Source of the DNA: a virus
Lineage: Duplodnaviria; Caudoviricetes
Virus record (IMG/VR): IMGVR_UViG_3300010011_000013
Location: 1-32,432 of that record
Length of the DNA: 32,432 nt
Reading direction: 5' to 3' (one strand)
Of the stretch, positions 17,246-25,675 are shown piece after piece. The translations under genes and the position numbers were made by a program. The notes beneath the pieces were generated by a model. That model did no database searches. It was not told the DNA's origin and was given only the letters and a program-made list of their open reading frames with translations. Numbering within the stretch: position 1 is the first letter of the stretch; every line of letters starts with the position of its first letter.

Positions 17246-18508
17246 CTAGGCCCGCATTGCGAGTATGCCGAAAGCGATTCCGAGGGCGTATCTATCAAGC
17301 CACGCCGGTTCCTTGAGTAGCGCCCTGTCTGCCTTGTTGCTGAGGAAAGCCAATTCGACCAAGACTGCCGGCATTTGGGTGTAGCCCAGGATCATGTACT
17401 TGGCGGGGTCGATGCGTCTAAGAGGCAAGCCAGAAGCGATCCCGCTGTGGTGCATGATTGCCCTGGCAAGTGCCTCACCCTTTACCGAACCGGGCCAGTA
17501 GAACGCTTCGGCCCCCTCTGGCTCCTCCGAGCTGAACCAGTTTACATGGATGGAGATGTAATAGCCGGCGCCTGCGTCGTTACCGACTCTGGCTCTTGCC
17601 TTGATCTCTGCTTCGTCGTCAAGTCCAGGGGCCAAGTCCGTGTCAGTGGTGCGGGTAAGCACGACCTTGGCCCCTCCGCGCCGTAGGTATTCCGCCAGGC
17701 GGGTAGCGACATATAGAGTGATGACCTTTTCCTGAGTACCGTCCGGCCCGACACATCCCGGGTCCGGTCCGCCGTGGCCTGGATCGATGCAAACGATCAT
17801 CTGCTTGTCACCACCTTTCGGTTGGGGAGGTTGGGGAACCTCGGCTGGATGCTCGTCTACTAACTGCCTGAAAATAAGAGCGCAACATACCTGCCGCGAG
17901 GTATAGCCGATGAGTACCTTACCCGATGGGTCTATGGCCCCCACACTGCCGCCGCCATCGAGGCCGATAGCGTCACGACAACCGAGAGCTAGCATCTGGA
18001 AGGCTACTTGAGGGAGCGTTGCGGACATGGTTGCGTAGTGTACGAGACAGCCGTCATCGCGAATACCAATTGCTGCACGCTCGCGTTGTGAACCTTCCAT
18101 GAGGCCCGAGAAGCCGCAGCGAGATAATTCCGAAGTAATATTGGTGAGTCTACCGTCTCTCACCAGCCACGGCCCCGCACTAAACGCCCACCGTGCCGCT
18201 TTGATCTCCGCTTCGCTAGGCGCCTCCTTGATTACCACGCCGCCTACGCCGCCTGTGGCCATCATCACTGGCCACCGCGGATCGCCGGTAGTCCACACCT
18301 TACTGCCCTCGGCGATGAGCGACACTGACGGCCCGCTTGGCCCGGCTCGGTATTCCACGTTGACCGCACGTGCCCAGTCGCGAGTGACATACTTCGAGTA
18401 GCCGTCTGCGATCTGGCGGAGAGTCAAGCCCGAAGATTGCCCTGGTGTAAGGGGAGGGACGGCGAGGTCGACGTCTTCTGGCCTGGCGATTGTGATGAAA
18501 TCCATCAT
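17246..18508 (-). CDS. Endolysin: phosphodiester glycosidase (NAGPA-like) + Amidase_3
   Basis: AGPWLV.DG, RAAIGI, AIGLDGGGS in N-terminal domain; IDPGHGG.DPG, EK, ISIH.N, PAVLVE..F.SN in C-terminal domain. Confidence 0.9.
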   Translation of the reverse strand: MMDFITIARPEDVDLAVPPLTPGQSSGLTLRQIADGYSKYVTRDWARAVNVEYRAGPSGPSVSLIAEGSKVWTTGDPRWPVMMATGGVGGVVIKEAPSEAEIKAARWAFSAGPWLVRDGRLTNITSELSRCGFSGLMEGSQRERAAIGIRDDGCLVHYATMSATLPQVAFQMLALGCRDAIGLDGGGSVGAIDPSGKVLIGYTSRQVCCALIFRQLVDEHPAEVPQPPQPKGGDKQMIVCIDPGHGGPDPGCVGPDGTQEKVITLYVATRLAEYLRRGGAKVVLTRTTDTDLAPGLDDEAEIKARARVGNDAGAGYYISIHVNWFSSEEPEGAEAFYWPGSVKGEALARAIMHHSGIASGLPLRRIDPAKYMILGYTQMPAVLVELAFLSNKADRALLKEPAWLDRYALGIAFGILAMRA

Positions 18509-18738
18509 GGGGTCCCTCCATGCTGCCTCAGGCCCGCGCTGTCCAGTCTACGTTCAATCCGCTCGACACCTGCTCTGACGTCCTCCAGGAGACCATACCG
18601 CTCGGCTAACTTGTCCAAGGTATCGGTGAGTTTCTTCTCACGATCCCCCGAGGTCCTGAGGACGTAGAACAGCATTACCACAAACAAGACCGCCCAGAGA
18701 CCCTGGGCCATTGCCGTTTTGATGATCTCGCTTTCCAT
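18505..18738 (-). CDS. BhlA/UviB family holin
   Basis: ME.EIIK.AM.QGLWAVLFV.MLFYVL....REKKL; start trimmed to ATG 18738 with GGAGGGAGG RBS. Confidence 0.88.
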   Translation of the reverse strand: MESEIIKTAMAQGLWAVLFVVMLFYVLRTSGDREKKLTDTLDKLAERYGLLEDVRAGVERIERRLDSAGLRQHGGTP

Positions 18739-18755
18739 GGTCGCCCTCCCTCCAC

Positions 18756-18780
18756 AATCAAAACGCCGCCCGGAGGCGGC
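18756..18780 (-). terminator. Intrinsic terminator between tail and lysis genes
   Basis: GCCGCC-TCCG-GGCGGC followed by GTTTTGATT on minus strand. Confidence 0.65.
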
Positions 18781-18820
18781 TAACTGCCCACCGGTGTCCT
18801 GCCAGTCCTGGAAACGGACC

Positions 18821-19078
18821 CTATTCCTCAGGCAGCTCCTCTGGCGCCACTTCCTCGATCGGGTGCCACGTACCATTCTCCATCAGGTCCGACCATCTGA
18901 CCGAAGTCGCCCAGATGCACGGCCTCGTATACGGGCATCCGTCATTGGACCCATCGATAAACACCTGCAAGTTAACCGTATCCTCGCTCCACTCACGGAC
19001 CACGATTGCGGGCCGGTGTTCGCCCATGCTCGGACCACTCGGCATGACGTAATGCACGATCTCTCCAATCTTGGCCAC
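18821..19078 (-). CDS. Conserved small phage protein (SH3-like beta-rich)
   Basis: IG.IVHY, RPAIV, VNLQVF.DG, GTWH motifs; GGAGG RBS before GTG 19078. Confidence 0.75.
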   Translation of the reverse strand: MAKIGEIVHYVMPSGPSMGEHRPAIVVREWSEDTVNLQVFIDGSNDGCPYTRPCIWATSVRWSDLMENGTWHPIEEVAPEELPEE

Positions 19079-19082
19079 CGTC

Positions 19083-20690
19083 TTAGCCTCCTCTTGCGAT
19101 GAGTTGTACGAGTGCCTCTGTGTCGTCGGGTTGGTAGTCACCCAGTATGAGTTCAGTCACCGGAGGGCTCGCCAAGGGCCGATGCGTGATCTCCTGCACC
19201 ATCGCCAGCCACGGGTTCGCGTTGCCGTAGCCCCAGGGCGGATAGGCGATTGCTACGAGCTCGCCGAATCCGATTCTGGTGCAAAGTGGTATGCGGCACG
19301 TCAGCGAACGCTTCTCGACGCCGTGGACGGCGAGGTAAGCGTTAGCATATGACTGCGCGTAAGATTGGCTCGAACCGGCCGGCACGCTGATGCGGACCTC
19401 GATCCGCTTGTCGGCGGGGACCCCGGGCAGGCTTGCCGTGACCTCGATGAGCGGTTCCGAGCTCTCGACGTAACAGATGACATCTGTGACTTCCGGAGGT
19501 CTGATGCTAGGCGTAGGCTCATCGAGCATCTGGAGAATCAACGCCGCCAGGATGGTTAACTCTGAAAGGTATTGGTCGTCTGTTCCCGTACGCAGGAGTG
19601 TCACTCTTACTTGCATGGTAGTTGCGGAGCCAGTATCCACCAGCCCGGCGCAGGGTTGCCATGCGCCTGCGCCGATCTTGACCTCCAATGACGCCTGTAG
19701 ACCCGTGGTCAGCATCGAGACCAGCTTGGGACCAGAGTTATCGGTGATGTCTATGGCGGGGCTAGTCCACCGATGGAGCTCACCGATGAGCACGCTCAGA
19801 CGTGAGACAACGGGTGTGTCCTGTAGGTCTGGAGTAGCCGTCAGCGTTAGCCGGATCTGTAGATAGGCCGCTGTTGGTCCCGGCAGCGGCGCCCCGTTCT
19901 GAACCTCCAACCAGGCGCCGTATGTAGCTCCGTTATCAGCACTCCAGCGAACATGACATGCGATCCCGGACCCTGACGGCAGGGCGGCCTCGACCCAGGA
20001 CAACCAGCTGCTGGCCGGGCTTGCACCCTTCCCGTGCGCCAACCAGGGGCTGGTCCAAGTTCCTGAAGCAAAATACCCATTTTGGATCGTTAGGGTGATT
20101 CTCCCTCTGTAGGATTGTGTCACACCGTTCAACTGAAAATTGCCAGATAGCAGCGGGTTAGAGTCCTGTGACGTCCTTATGTACACGGTTCCGCTGGATG
20201 GCGTCGTATACCTCATTTGCACATAAACATCTTCGGTCAATACCACGTTCGGCTGTATAGAAAGGGCCGCCTCAAAGGTTGTCATTGACACCTCCGCCGA
20301 GAACAGCACCTCCCCATTACTTACCTTCACGAGTTCAAACGTGACAGGGATGGACCCAGCGGGGCGGTCGCAGTACCATCCGACGCGGGTCAGCATACCA
20401 CGGGCGGTAATCCGTTGCCTGGCTGTATAAGATGTGTTTGGAGCCATTGATTGATAACTGAAACTGCTAGCCGTAAAACTCGTCGTGTCAGCGGCCACGG
20501 ATAGTTGATTGCCCGCAACGGCGGTCTGGGCCTTTGTCCCGGCGTTCCAATCGGCATCCAATAGATACTGCTTGATATAGTCGGCAGTAGGGACAATATC
20601 CCCCGGCCTGCTGGTCAGGTCCAACCCTTCGGACGTTCCCGATTGCCAGTCAGCCTGCGAGGTGTACTTCTTGATGAGATCGCCTGGCAT
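19083..20690 (-). CDS. Tail tip / receptor-binding protein with hub-like C-terminal part
   Basis: 535 aa beta-rich; repeated DW..GT and WTSP motifs; last large tail gene. Confidence 0.75.
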   Translation of the reverse strand: MPGDLIKKYTSQADWQSGTSEGLDLTSRPGDIVPTADYIKQYLLDADWNAGTKAQTAVAGNQLSVAADTTSFTASSFSYQSMAPNTSYTARQRITARGMLTRVGWYCDRPAGSIPVTFELVKVSNGEVLFSAEVSMTTFEAALSIQPNVVLTEDVYVQMRYTTPSSGTVYIRTSQDSNPLLSGNFQLNGVTQSYRGRITLTIQNGYFASGTWTSPWLAHGKGASPASSWLSWVEAALPSGSGIACHVRWSADNGATYGAWLEVQNGAPLPGPTAAYLQIRLTLTATPDLQDTPVVSRLSVLIGELHRWTSPAIDITDNSGPKLVSMLTTGLQASLEVKIGAGAWQPCAGLVDTGSATTMQVRVTLLRTGTDDQYLSELTILAALILQMLDEPTPSIRPPEVTDVICYVESSEPLIEVTASLPGVPADKRIEVRISVPAGSSQSYAQSYANAYLAVHGVEKRSLTCRIPLCTRIGFGELVAIAYPPWGYGNANPWLAMVQEITHRPLASPPVTELILGDYQPDDTEALVQLIARGG

Positions 20691-20691
20691 G

Positions 20692-22287
20692 CTACTCTCC
20701 CTCCCCGTAACGCACGATGACGCCCTGGGCGGTCAAGGTGGTCGGATCTACGACGTGGCAGACCCAATCCAGCACGTCAGTTTCGACCCACCAGCGGAGG
20801 CCCCAGACCTTCATGCACTCACGGAATAAATCCACCACGGGCTTGCCCCGCAGCATCAGGTTGCCGATAATGCCAAGCGGGTTTGGGATGCCAGCGCTCA
20901 GAACCGGAGCGCAGTATGTGTCAATCGCAGTCACCATAGATGTGCCGATGTCCTGCTCAGGATAGTCCGCTTTAAGGATTCTCTCGGCCAGCACCTTGTC
21001 GCCGAGGGCCGCAACGATCTCCAAAGTGACGTCGCCAGGGTTCTTCTGCCAAACTCGGCCTCTATACTGCATCTGAGCGCCAGTGGAGTCATAGATGCTC
21101 ACGTCTACCGTATCGCCGTAGGCTATGCGATCGTCATTGCGGACACCGTGTTCATCGGGCCAGTTGGCGATGACGAATGAGATGGTGCCTATCTTGCCAT
21201 TACAGGTGAGGTTGACTGCCAGATCCAAACAGGCATATGGCGTGTCCTCGACAAACAATGAATAGCCCTCTTGGGCGACAACGCTCAGCACCACCCTCAA
21301 CGTCCAGATACTAGACAGGAGCCCATAACCCCAGTTGTCGATAGGCTGGACAGTCCAGTAATAGACGCCGATCGGCAGGGGGGCTTGGAGGGTATAGCGT
21401 ACCCTGGTGCCATCAGGAACTCCCGCAAGCAGCATGGGCTTCCACGTCGTTCCATCCAAATACTCCCAGCCCGCTTGGTCTAGCGACGAGTCAATCTCAA
21501 TTGGCTCAGCCATTGTGGGGCTACCGCTCACGGCTAGTTTGGCGTGGAAACGGTCGGCGGCGCTGTCCTCATGGCCCCTCATAACAAGTTCAAAAACAAC
21601 AGCAGGCTCATCGGTCATGGACTGATTCTTCGGGGCCTCCCTGTCTGGGGTAGGCGGGTAAGGTTCATAGGTGTACTCAATCTCAACGTCAACTGTCTTA
21701 GAGCCATCCACATTGACCAGAATATTATTACTGCCGCCCGTAAGCAAACCTGCTGCTATGTCATACCAATCACCGACCACGCCATCCCCCAAGGTAGCCC
21801 CCGTAATAACGTGTCCGCCCACGGTGATCTTAGGAGACGTAGACGGCGCAGGCCCCTTCGCATATGTCGTTGCTGAGCGGGTTTCGTTTGATGCACCAGG
21901 GAAACTGCCGCTGGTGAGTGTTATCCCGGTAGTCATGGAACCATAGCCGTCGCAGCTGGTCGAGACTGTGACGCGTTGACTAGCACCAGCCCCCAAGCTG
22001 AAATGTGTCGTATTAGAGCCCCCGGGTGCAGAAACACTAATATAGCCTACCGAACCTCCCGGACCGCCAGTCAAGGTGACGCTATATGAACAATGGCCTC
22101 CAGTAATCTCGAAGCCATACGGAGGAGAGGGGAACTGACCAGTGTAGGACGTTTCCGACCACGTCACGATTTTGGTGATGCCCCGGAAGCGCACCCGTCC
22201 GCTGTTTGCCCTAGTGCCTGGGATGTTGACGACCAGAGTCCCGCCGTTATTGGCTGTCCTCCATCCTGTGCTATCCGTGACCGCCAT
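20692..22287 (-). CDS. Tail tip protein: G/S/T-rich beta domains + hub-like C-terminal part
   Basis: Follows Dit position; YYWTVQ..D FN3/Ig-like motif; GDTV.V....YRGRV hub-like pattern. Confidence 0.75.
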   Translation of the reverse strand: MAVTDSTGWRTANNGGTLVVNIPGTRANSGRVRFRGITKIVTWSETSYTGQFPSPPYGFEITGGHCSYSVTLTGGPGGSVGYISVSAPGGSNTTHFSLGAGASQRVTVSTSCDGYGSMTTGITLTSGSFPGASNETRSATTYAKGPAPSTSPKITVGGHVITGATLGDGVVGDWYDIAAGLLTGGSNNILVNVDGSKTVDVEIEYTYEPYPPTPDREAPKNQSMTDEPAVVFELVMRGHEDSAADRFHAKLAVSGSPTMAEPIEIDSSLDQAGWEYLDGTTWKPMLLAGVPDGTRVRYTLQAPLPIGVYYWTVQPIDNWGYGLLSSIWTLRVVLSVVAQEGYSLFVEDTPYACLDLAVNLTCNGKIGTISFVIANWPDEHGVRNDDRIAYGDTVDVSIYDSTGAQMQYRGRVWQKNPGDVTLEIVAALGDKVLAERILKADYPEQDIGTSMVTAIDTYCAPVLSAGIPNPLGIIGNLMLRGKPVVDLFRECMKVWGLRWWVETDVLDWVCHVVDPTTLTAQGVIVRYGEGE

Positions 22288-22664
22288 CAGTACACCACCT
22301 CACCGGTAATCGCGTCGCGGAGATAGGGATCGAGCGCTGTGAACGTTGCTGGCACTATCCAACCCGAACCACCCTTCAGTCGCTCCTCGTCGCCCAACTC
22401 CAGAACAACTCGGTCGTAGTAGTGACTGTCAACCCCAGTCTGGTCGACATAAAGGCGCGCCTCCGTGTGCATAAGATCAGCTCGCTTCAACGCGACAAGG
22501 TCCTCCCACGAGAGGACCGTTATCGTGCATGTGAGCCTGGTCGGGCTCCTCCCGAAGTAGGTAGAATCCGCCTCATCCAATCGAGGGTACTCTGTAACGT
22601 GGTACTTCTTGATGTTCTTTGTGCGTATCTGACTCGCAAGTATCGTTATGTCCGCGTACCTCAT
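22287..22664 (-). CDS. Distal tail protein-like (minimal, 125 aa)
   Basis: Directly after TMP; ends with F.A.DPY motif typical of Dit N-domain. Confidence 0.7.
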   Translation of the reverse strand: MRYADITILASQIRTKNIKKYHVTEYPRLDEADSTYFGRSPTRLTCTITVLSWEDLVALKRADLMHTEARLYVDQTGVDSHYYDRVVLELGDEERLKGGSGWIVPATFTALDPYLRDAITGEVVY

Positions 22665-23887
22665 GGCAGCACCCCCGGTCGCGCCAACCGCAGCCTGGTG
22701 ACCAGATCAGTGTTGCGTCGGTCCAAGACCTCGTCCAGTTGCCTAAGTGTCTGAGAGTCAACGGGGCCAGTGACATTGATCGTTTGGTTGATGGTTACCG
22801 AATCGGTGCCGAGCGGGCGTACCTGGGCCCCCGTGGGCAGCCAAGCGAGTTCGGGACCACGTTCTCCTACGAGAGCCCAGCCGGACCGGAGTATGTCACC
22901 CCCGCTAGCAAGGGCGGGCATGTCAGGGGTTGGGGTTGGAGCGGGAGTATAGGTGGCTTTCCCACCTCCGCCAAACACTTTTTTCAGCCAATCCCAGGCC
23001 CTCTGCGCCGCACCGATGACCTTGTCAATTGCGTTGAGCACACCGCCGATAATGTCGACAACGGTTCCGACGACCTTGCCTATTGTGCCAAAGACGACAC
23101 TGAACGTCTTCTCTATCTGCGGCATGTGCTCAACAATCCAATCGAGCACTTTTTGAAGAATGGGCAGGAAAGCCGTGGTGAGTTCTCGGAAGATGGCCCC
23201 AAACCCGTCTTTCACGTCCGCCAGTGTGTCTCCGAATTGGACGTTGGCCTTAACAGCTTCCTCAGACATTACGATGCCCAGTTCATCGGCGCGGTTTTTG
23301 AGTTCTTCCATACCCGCACTACCGGCATTAAGAAGTGGCAGGAGTTCCGTGTATGATTTGCCGAGGACATCGTTGCCAAGAGCGTTTCGCTGCGCGCCTT
23401 GCTCCATGTCGGCTAGGGCGGCCATCACGTCCTGGAAGACCGCCTCGGTGCTTCGAGCCGAACCGTCGGCATTTTGGAGGGATATGCCGAGAGCGTCGAA
23501 CGCCTCGCTGGCCGCCTTGTTGCCCTTCAAGGCCGCGTCCATAGTGTCGGACAGCTTCTTGATGCCGGTCTCGAGCACGTTGATGTCAGCACCCGACTGC
23601 CCGGCCGCGTACTTCCAGCGCTGAAGTTCCTCGATATTGATGCCGGTACGCTCGGAGAGCTTGTCTATCTTGTCGGCGTATTCGGCCGTCTTGTTTGCGG
23701 CGGCCAGCATACCGCCGACAACGGCCGTGGCCGCGCCGGCGATGCCCGCGCCCCACTTGGCGGCCGTCCCGATGCCCTTGGCTAGTTTCGACGTAAGGCC
23801 TTCTGCCTTTTCTTCGGTTTTCGCTATGGACTTATTGGCCTCTTCGTTGTCCACGAAGATGGAACCGAACAATCGGAATATCTCCAT
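22661..23887 (-). CDS. Tail tape measure protein (short, 408 aa)
   Basis: MEIFRLFGSI start, Ala/Gly-rich helical, LASGG...ALVGERGPE C-terminal motif. Confidence 0.9.
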   Translation of the reverse strand: MEIFRLFGSIFVDNEEANKSIAKTEEKAEGLTSKLAKGIGTAAKWGAGIAGAATAVVGGMLAAANKTAEYADKIDKLSERTGINIEELQRWKYAAGQSGADINVLETGIKKLSDTMDAALKGNKAASEAFDALGISLQNADGSARSTEAVFQDVMAALADMEQGAQRNALGNDVLGKSYTELLPLLNAGSAGMEELKNRADELGIVMSEEAVKANVQFGDTLADVKDGFGAIFRELTTAFLPILQKVLDWIVEHMPQIEKTFSVVFGTIGKVVGTVVDIIGGVLNAIDKVIGAAQRAWDWLKKVFGGGGKATYTPAPTPTPDMPALASGGDILRSGWALVGERGPELAWLPTGAQVRPLGTDSVTINQTINVTGPVDSQTLRQLDEVLDRRNTDLVTRLRLARPGVLP

Positions 23888-23961
23888 TTATCTCACCCGC
23901 CGTCATGAAACGCCGATTGATGTGATAGACTCTGAAGTAACTAACGAAAGGTGGTATTGCC

Positions 23962-24126
23962 GTGAACTGGAAGAAGGCTGTAAGGACAATCAACAAGGCG
24001 GCTGCCAGGGCTAAAGACGTGGAGGCCGTTGCCGCGGCCGCCACAGGAGACCCCTCCAAACTCGTGAAGAGAGCCAAGAACAAGGCGAAGGGGAAGCTGC
24101 TCGCTAAGATCGGTTTCTGGAAGTAG
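23962..24126 (+). CDS. Small basic protein (54 aa), antisense moron-like gene
   Basis: AAGGTGG RBS, GTG start, MNWKKAVRTINKAAARAKDVEAVAAAATGDPSKLVKRAKNKAKGKLLAKIGFWK; upstream TGTGaTAGACT extended -10 (23921-23931). Confidence 0.7.
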   Translation: MNWKKAVRTINKAAARAKDVEAVAAAATGDPSKLVKRAKNKAKGKLLAKIGFWK

Positions 24127-24448
24127 CCTCGTAGGCAGCGACAACCTTGAGCATCTCGGCCTCGATTTTCTCGGGGTCAACTTCGTTGCTGCTTTGCCAC
24201 GATACCCTCTCAAGCGCCGCGAGAAACTCAGTGAACGGTTGGTACGGCACTCTCCCCAGGACCATGAGCGGGTACCTGGACCGCCAAATGTCCCAGGCAT
24301 ACCGCTGCTGCTCGGACTTGACCGCATGTTTTATATAGTCCATGAGAACGGAAGCCGGTAGGTCGCAGATAGCCGCCCAGTCATAAGCTGACGAAAGGAG
24401 TTCTACTATTCTAGGCCCGCCAACTTGGCAGCACGTGAGAAAAAAGGG
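24104..24448 (-). CDS. Tail assembly chaperone, frameshifted (gpT-like) part
   Basis: Open -1 frame entered at slippery CCCTTTT(TT) 24448-24440; lies between chaperone and TMP. Confidence 0.75.
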   Translation of the reverse strand, partial: PFFLTCCQVGGPRIVELLSSAYDWAAICDLPASVLMDYIKHAVKSEQQRYAWDIWRSRYPLMVLGRVPYQPFTEFLAALERVSWQSSNEVDPEKIEAEMLKVVAAYEATSRNRS

Positions 24449-24699
24449 CGCACCTTGGGGTCGGAGAAAAGCTCTTTGACAAACTCCCAAGCATCGACGT
24501 TTGCCGCTTCGTCTTCCGAAATCCTCTTGACCTCAGAAATGAAGGCATACAGTTCCTTCTCCGCGAGGTGGAGCCTTGAGACGGCCTGGAGGAGCAGATC
24601 CGCCCCCACCTGCTCGGCAGACGCCTTGGGATCGGTAACCTTTAATCCGAGCTTATCTATGACGGCCGAAAGCTTGACGGCCTGTTTGATGGTCAGCAT
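24406..24699 (-). CDS. Tail assembly chaperone (gpG-like)
   Basis: Between major tail and TMP; ends near slippery site (RPFFS). Confidence 0.8.
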   Translation of the reverse strand: MLTIKQAVKLSAVIDKLGLKVTDPKASAEQVGADLLLQAVSRLHLAEKELYAFISEVKRISEDEAANVDAWEFVKELFSDPKVRPFFSRAAKLAGLE

Positions 24700-24710
24700 G
24701 TTATCACCCC

Positions 24711-24738
24711 AGAATAAGGAGGCGAGTTGCCCCGCCTC
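24711..24738 (-). terminator. Hairpin after major tail gene
   Basis: GGAGGCG / CGCCTCC stem followed by TTATTCT on minus strand. Confidence 0.55.
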
Positions 24739-24742
24739 CGCG

Positions 24743-25294
24743 TTATACTATCGCGTCTACTTCCTCGATCTTGTAGAGCTCGCCGGCGGCCGGGTGCGTG
24801 CCAGCGGCCGGGTCCCAGTGGGCGTAGACCTCGAAAGGCACCACGCCCTCGGACTTCGGTTGGGTGTTGAGCGTGAAGTCGCCTTCGTTCATGGCGTTGA
24901 AGAGTGTGATCTTCTTGTATTTCCCGCCAGCGCACTTGGCGAACATAGTGATGTTCTTGAGGTACTTCGAGGCGGATATGACGCCGCCCACGCCGCTGGA
25001 GATGACCTTCAGCATGTCGTCATACTCCGCGTGGGGCATGGCGAGAGCGAGGTTCTCCAGGCTGGTGTCCATGAGGCTGAACGTGAGCTGCGCGTTTATC
25101 TCATCCACGACCTGAAGTCCCTTCGTTTTCCCCATTCTGCCGTCATACTCGATGTCGCGTATGGTCTTGGAGGCAACGAATTGAGCCCCTCCCTTGGTCG
25201 GCCCAATTAGACGCTCGTCGGTCTCGCCGTAGTTCGCGTAGATGAGACCGTGGTCGATCTGGATGTTCTCTATCTGTTGAGTAGTGAGAGCCAT
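24743..25294 (-). CDS. Major tail (tube) protein
   Basis: IGPTKGG..F, IEYDG..GKTKG motifs; position after tail terminator gene. Confidence 0.85.
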   Translation of the reverse strand: MALTTQQIENIQIDHGLIYANYGETDERLIGPTKGGAQFVASKTIRDIEYDGRMGKTKGLQVVDEINAQLTFSLMDTSLENLALAMPHAEYDDMLKVISSGVGGVISASKYLKNITMFAKCAGGKYKKITLFNAMNEGDFTLNTQPKSEGVVPFEVYAHWDPAAGTHPAAGELYKIEEVDAIV

Positions 25295-25306
25295 AGTATC
25301 ACTCCC

Positions 25307-25675
25307 TTACTGGTAAACCCTAACCTGATAGGTATACCTGCGCCGCTTTAGCGTAGGCTCGTCAGCCGTAATCGGAGCGAGCCTGATGTCTCTGTAAACC
25401 TGGGCTCGTGCGTTGCCGATGACGAACGTCTTGCGGTGGAGATCGCTGTCGACCGATTCCACAAGCGCGTCGAGTTCTGAAGTGTCAGGCTTGTTGTCCC
25501 AGAAGTCCACGTCCAAAACCCAGACCTCCGGCAGTTCCCCTGTGTCGATTGCGTTGGGTAGGTCGTAGACAATGTAAGGGAAGGTTGCGTCAGGAGCGGC
25601 GTTCTGGAAGTAGACTCTGGAGTGCTTCGTTCTCAGGTGAGAATAGATGGCTGCCCTAAGCTCCCTCGGGCTCAT
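25307..25675 (-). CDS. Tail completion/terminator protein
   Basis: VYFQ.A...A.FPYIVY motif; synteny; start trimmed to ATG 25675. Confidence 0.8.
   Translation of the reverse strand: MSPRELRAAIYSHLRTKHSRVYFQNAAPDATFPYIVYDLPNAIDTGELPEVWVLDVDFWDNKPDTSELDALVESVDSDLHRKTFVIGNARAQVYRDIRLAPITADEPTLKRRRYTYQVRVYQ

Noticed and set aside
19083-22287. Diversity-generating retroelement or invertible tail cassette
   Set aside because: No reverse transcriptase, no near-duplicate TR/VR pair and no invertase noticed by eye
23832-24083. Minus-strand 83 aa hydrophobic ORF
   Set aside because: Overlaps the TMP start and is the shadow of the better-supported plus-strand 54 aa gene
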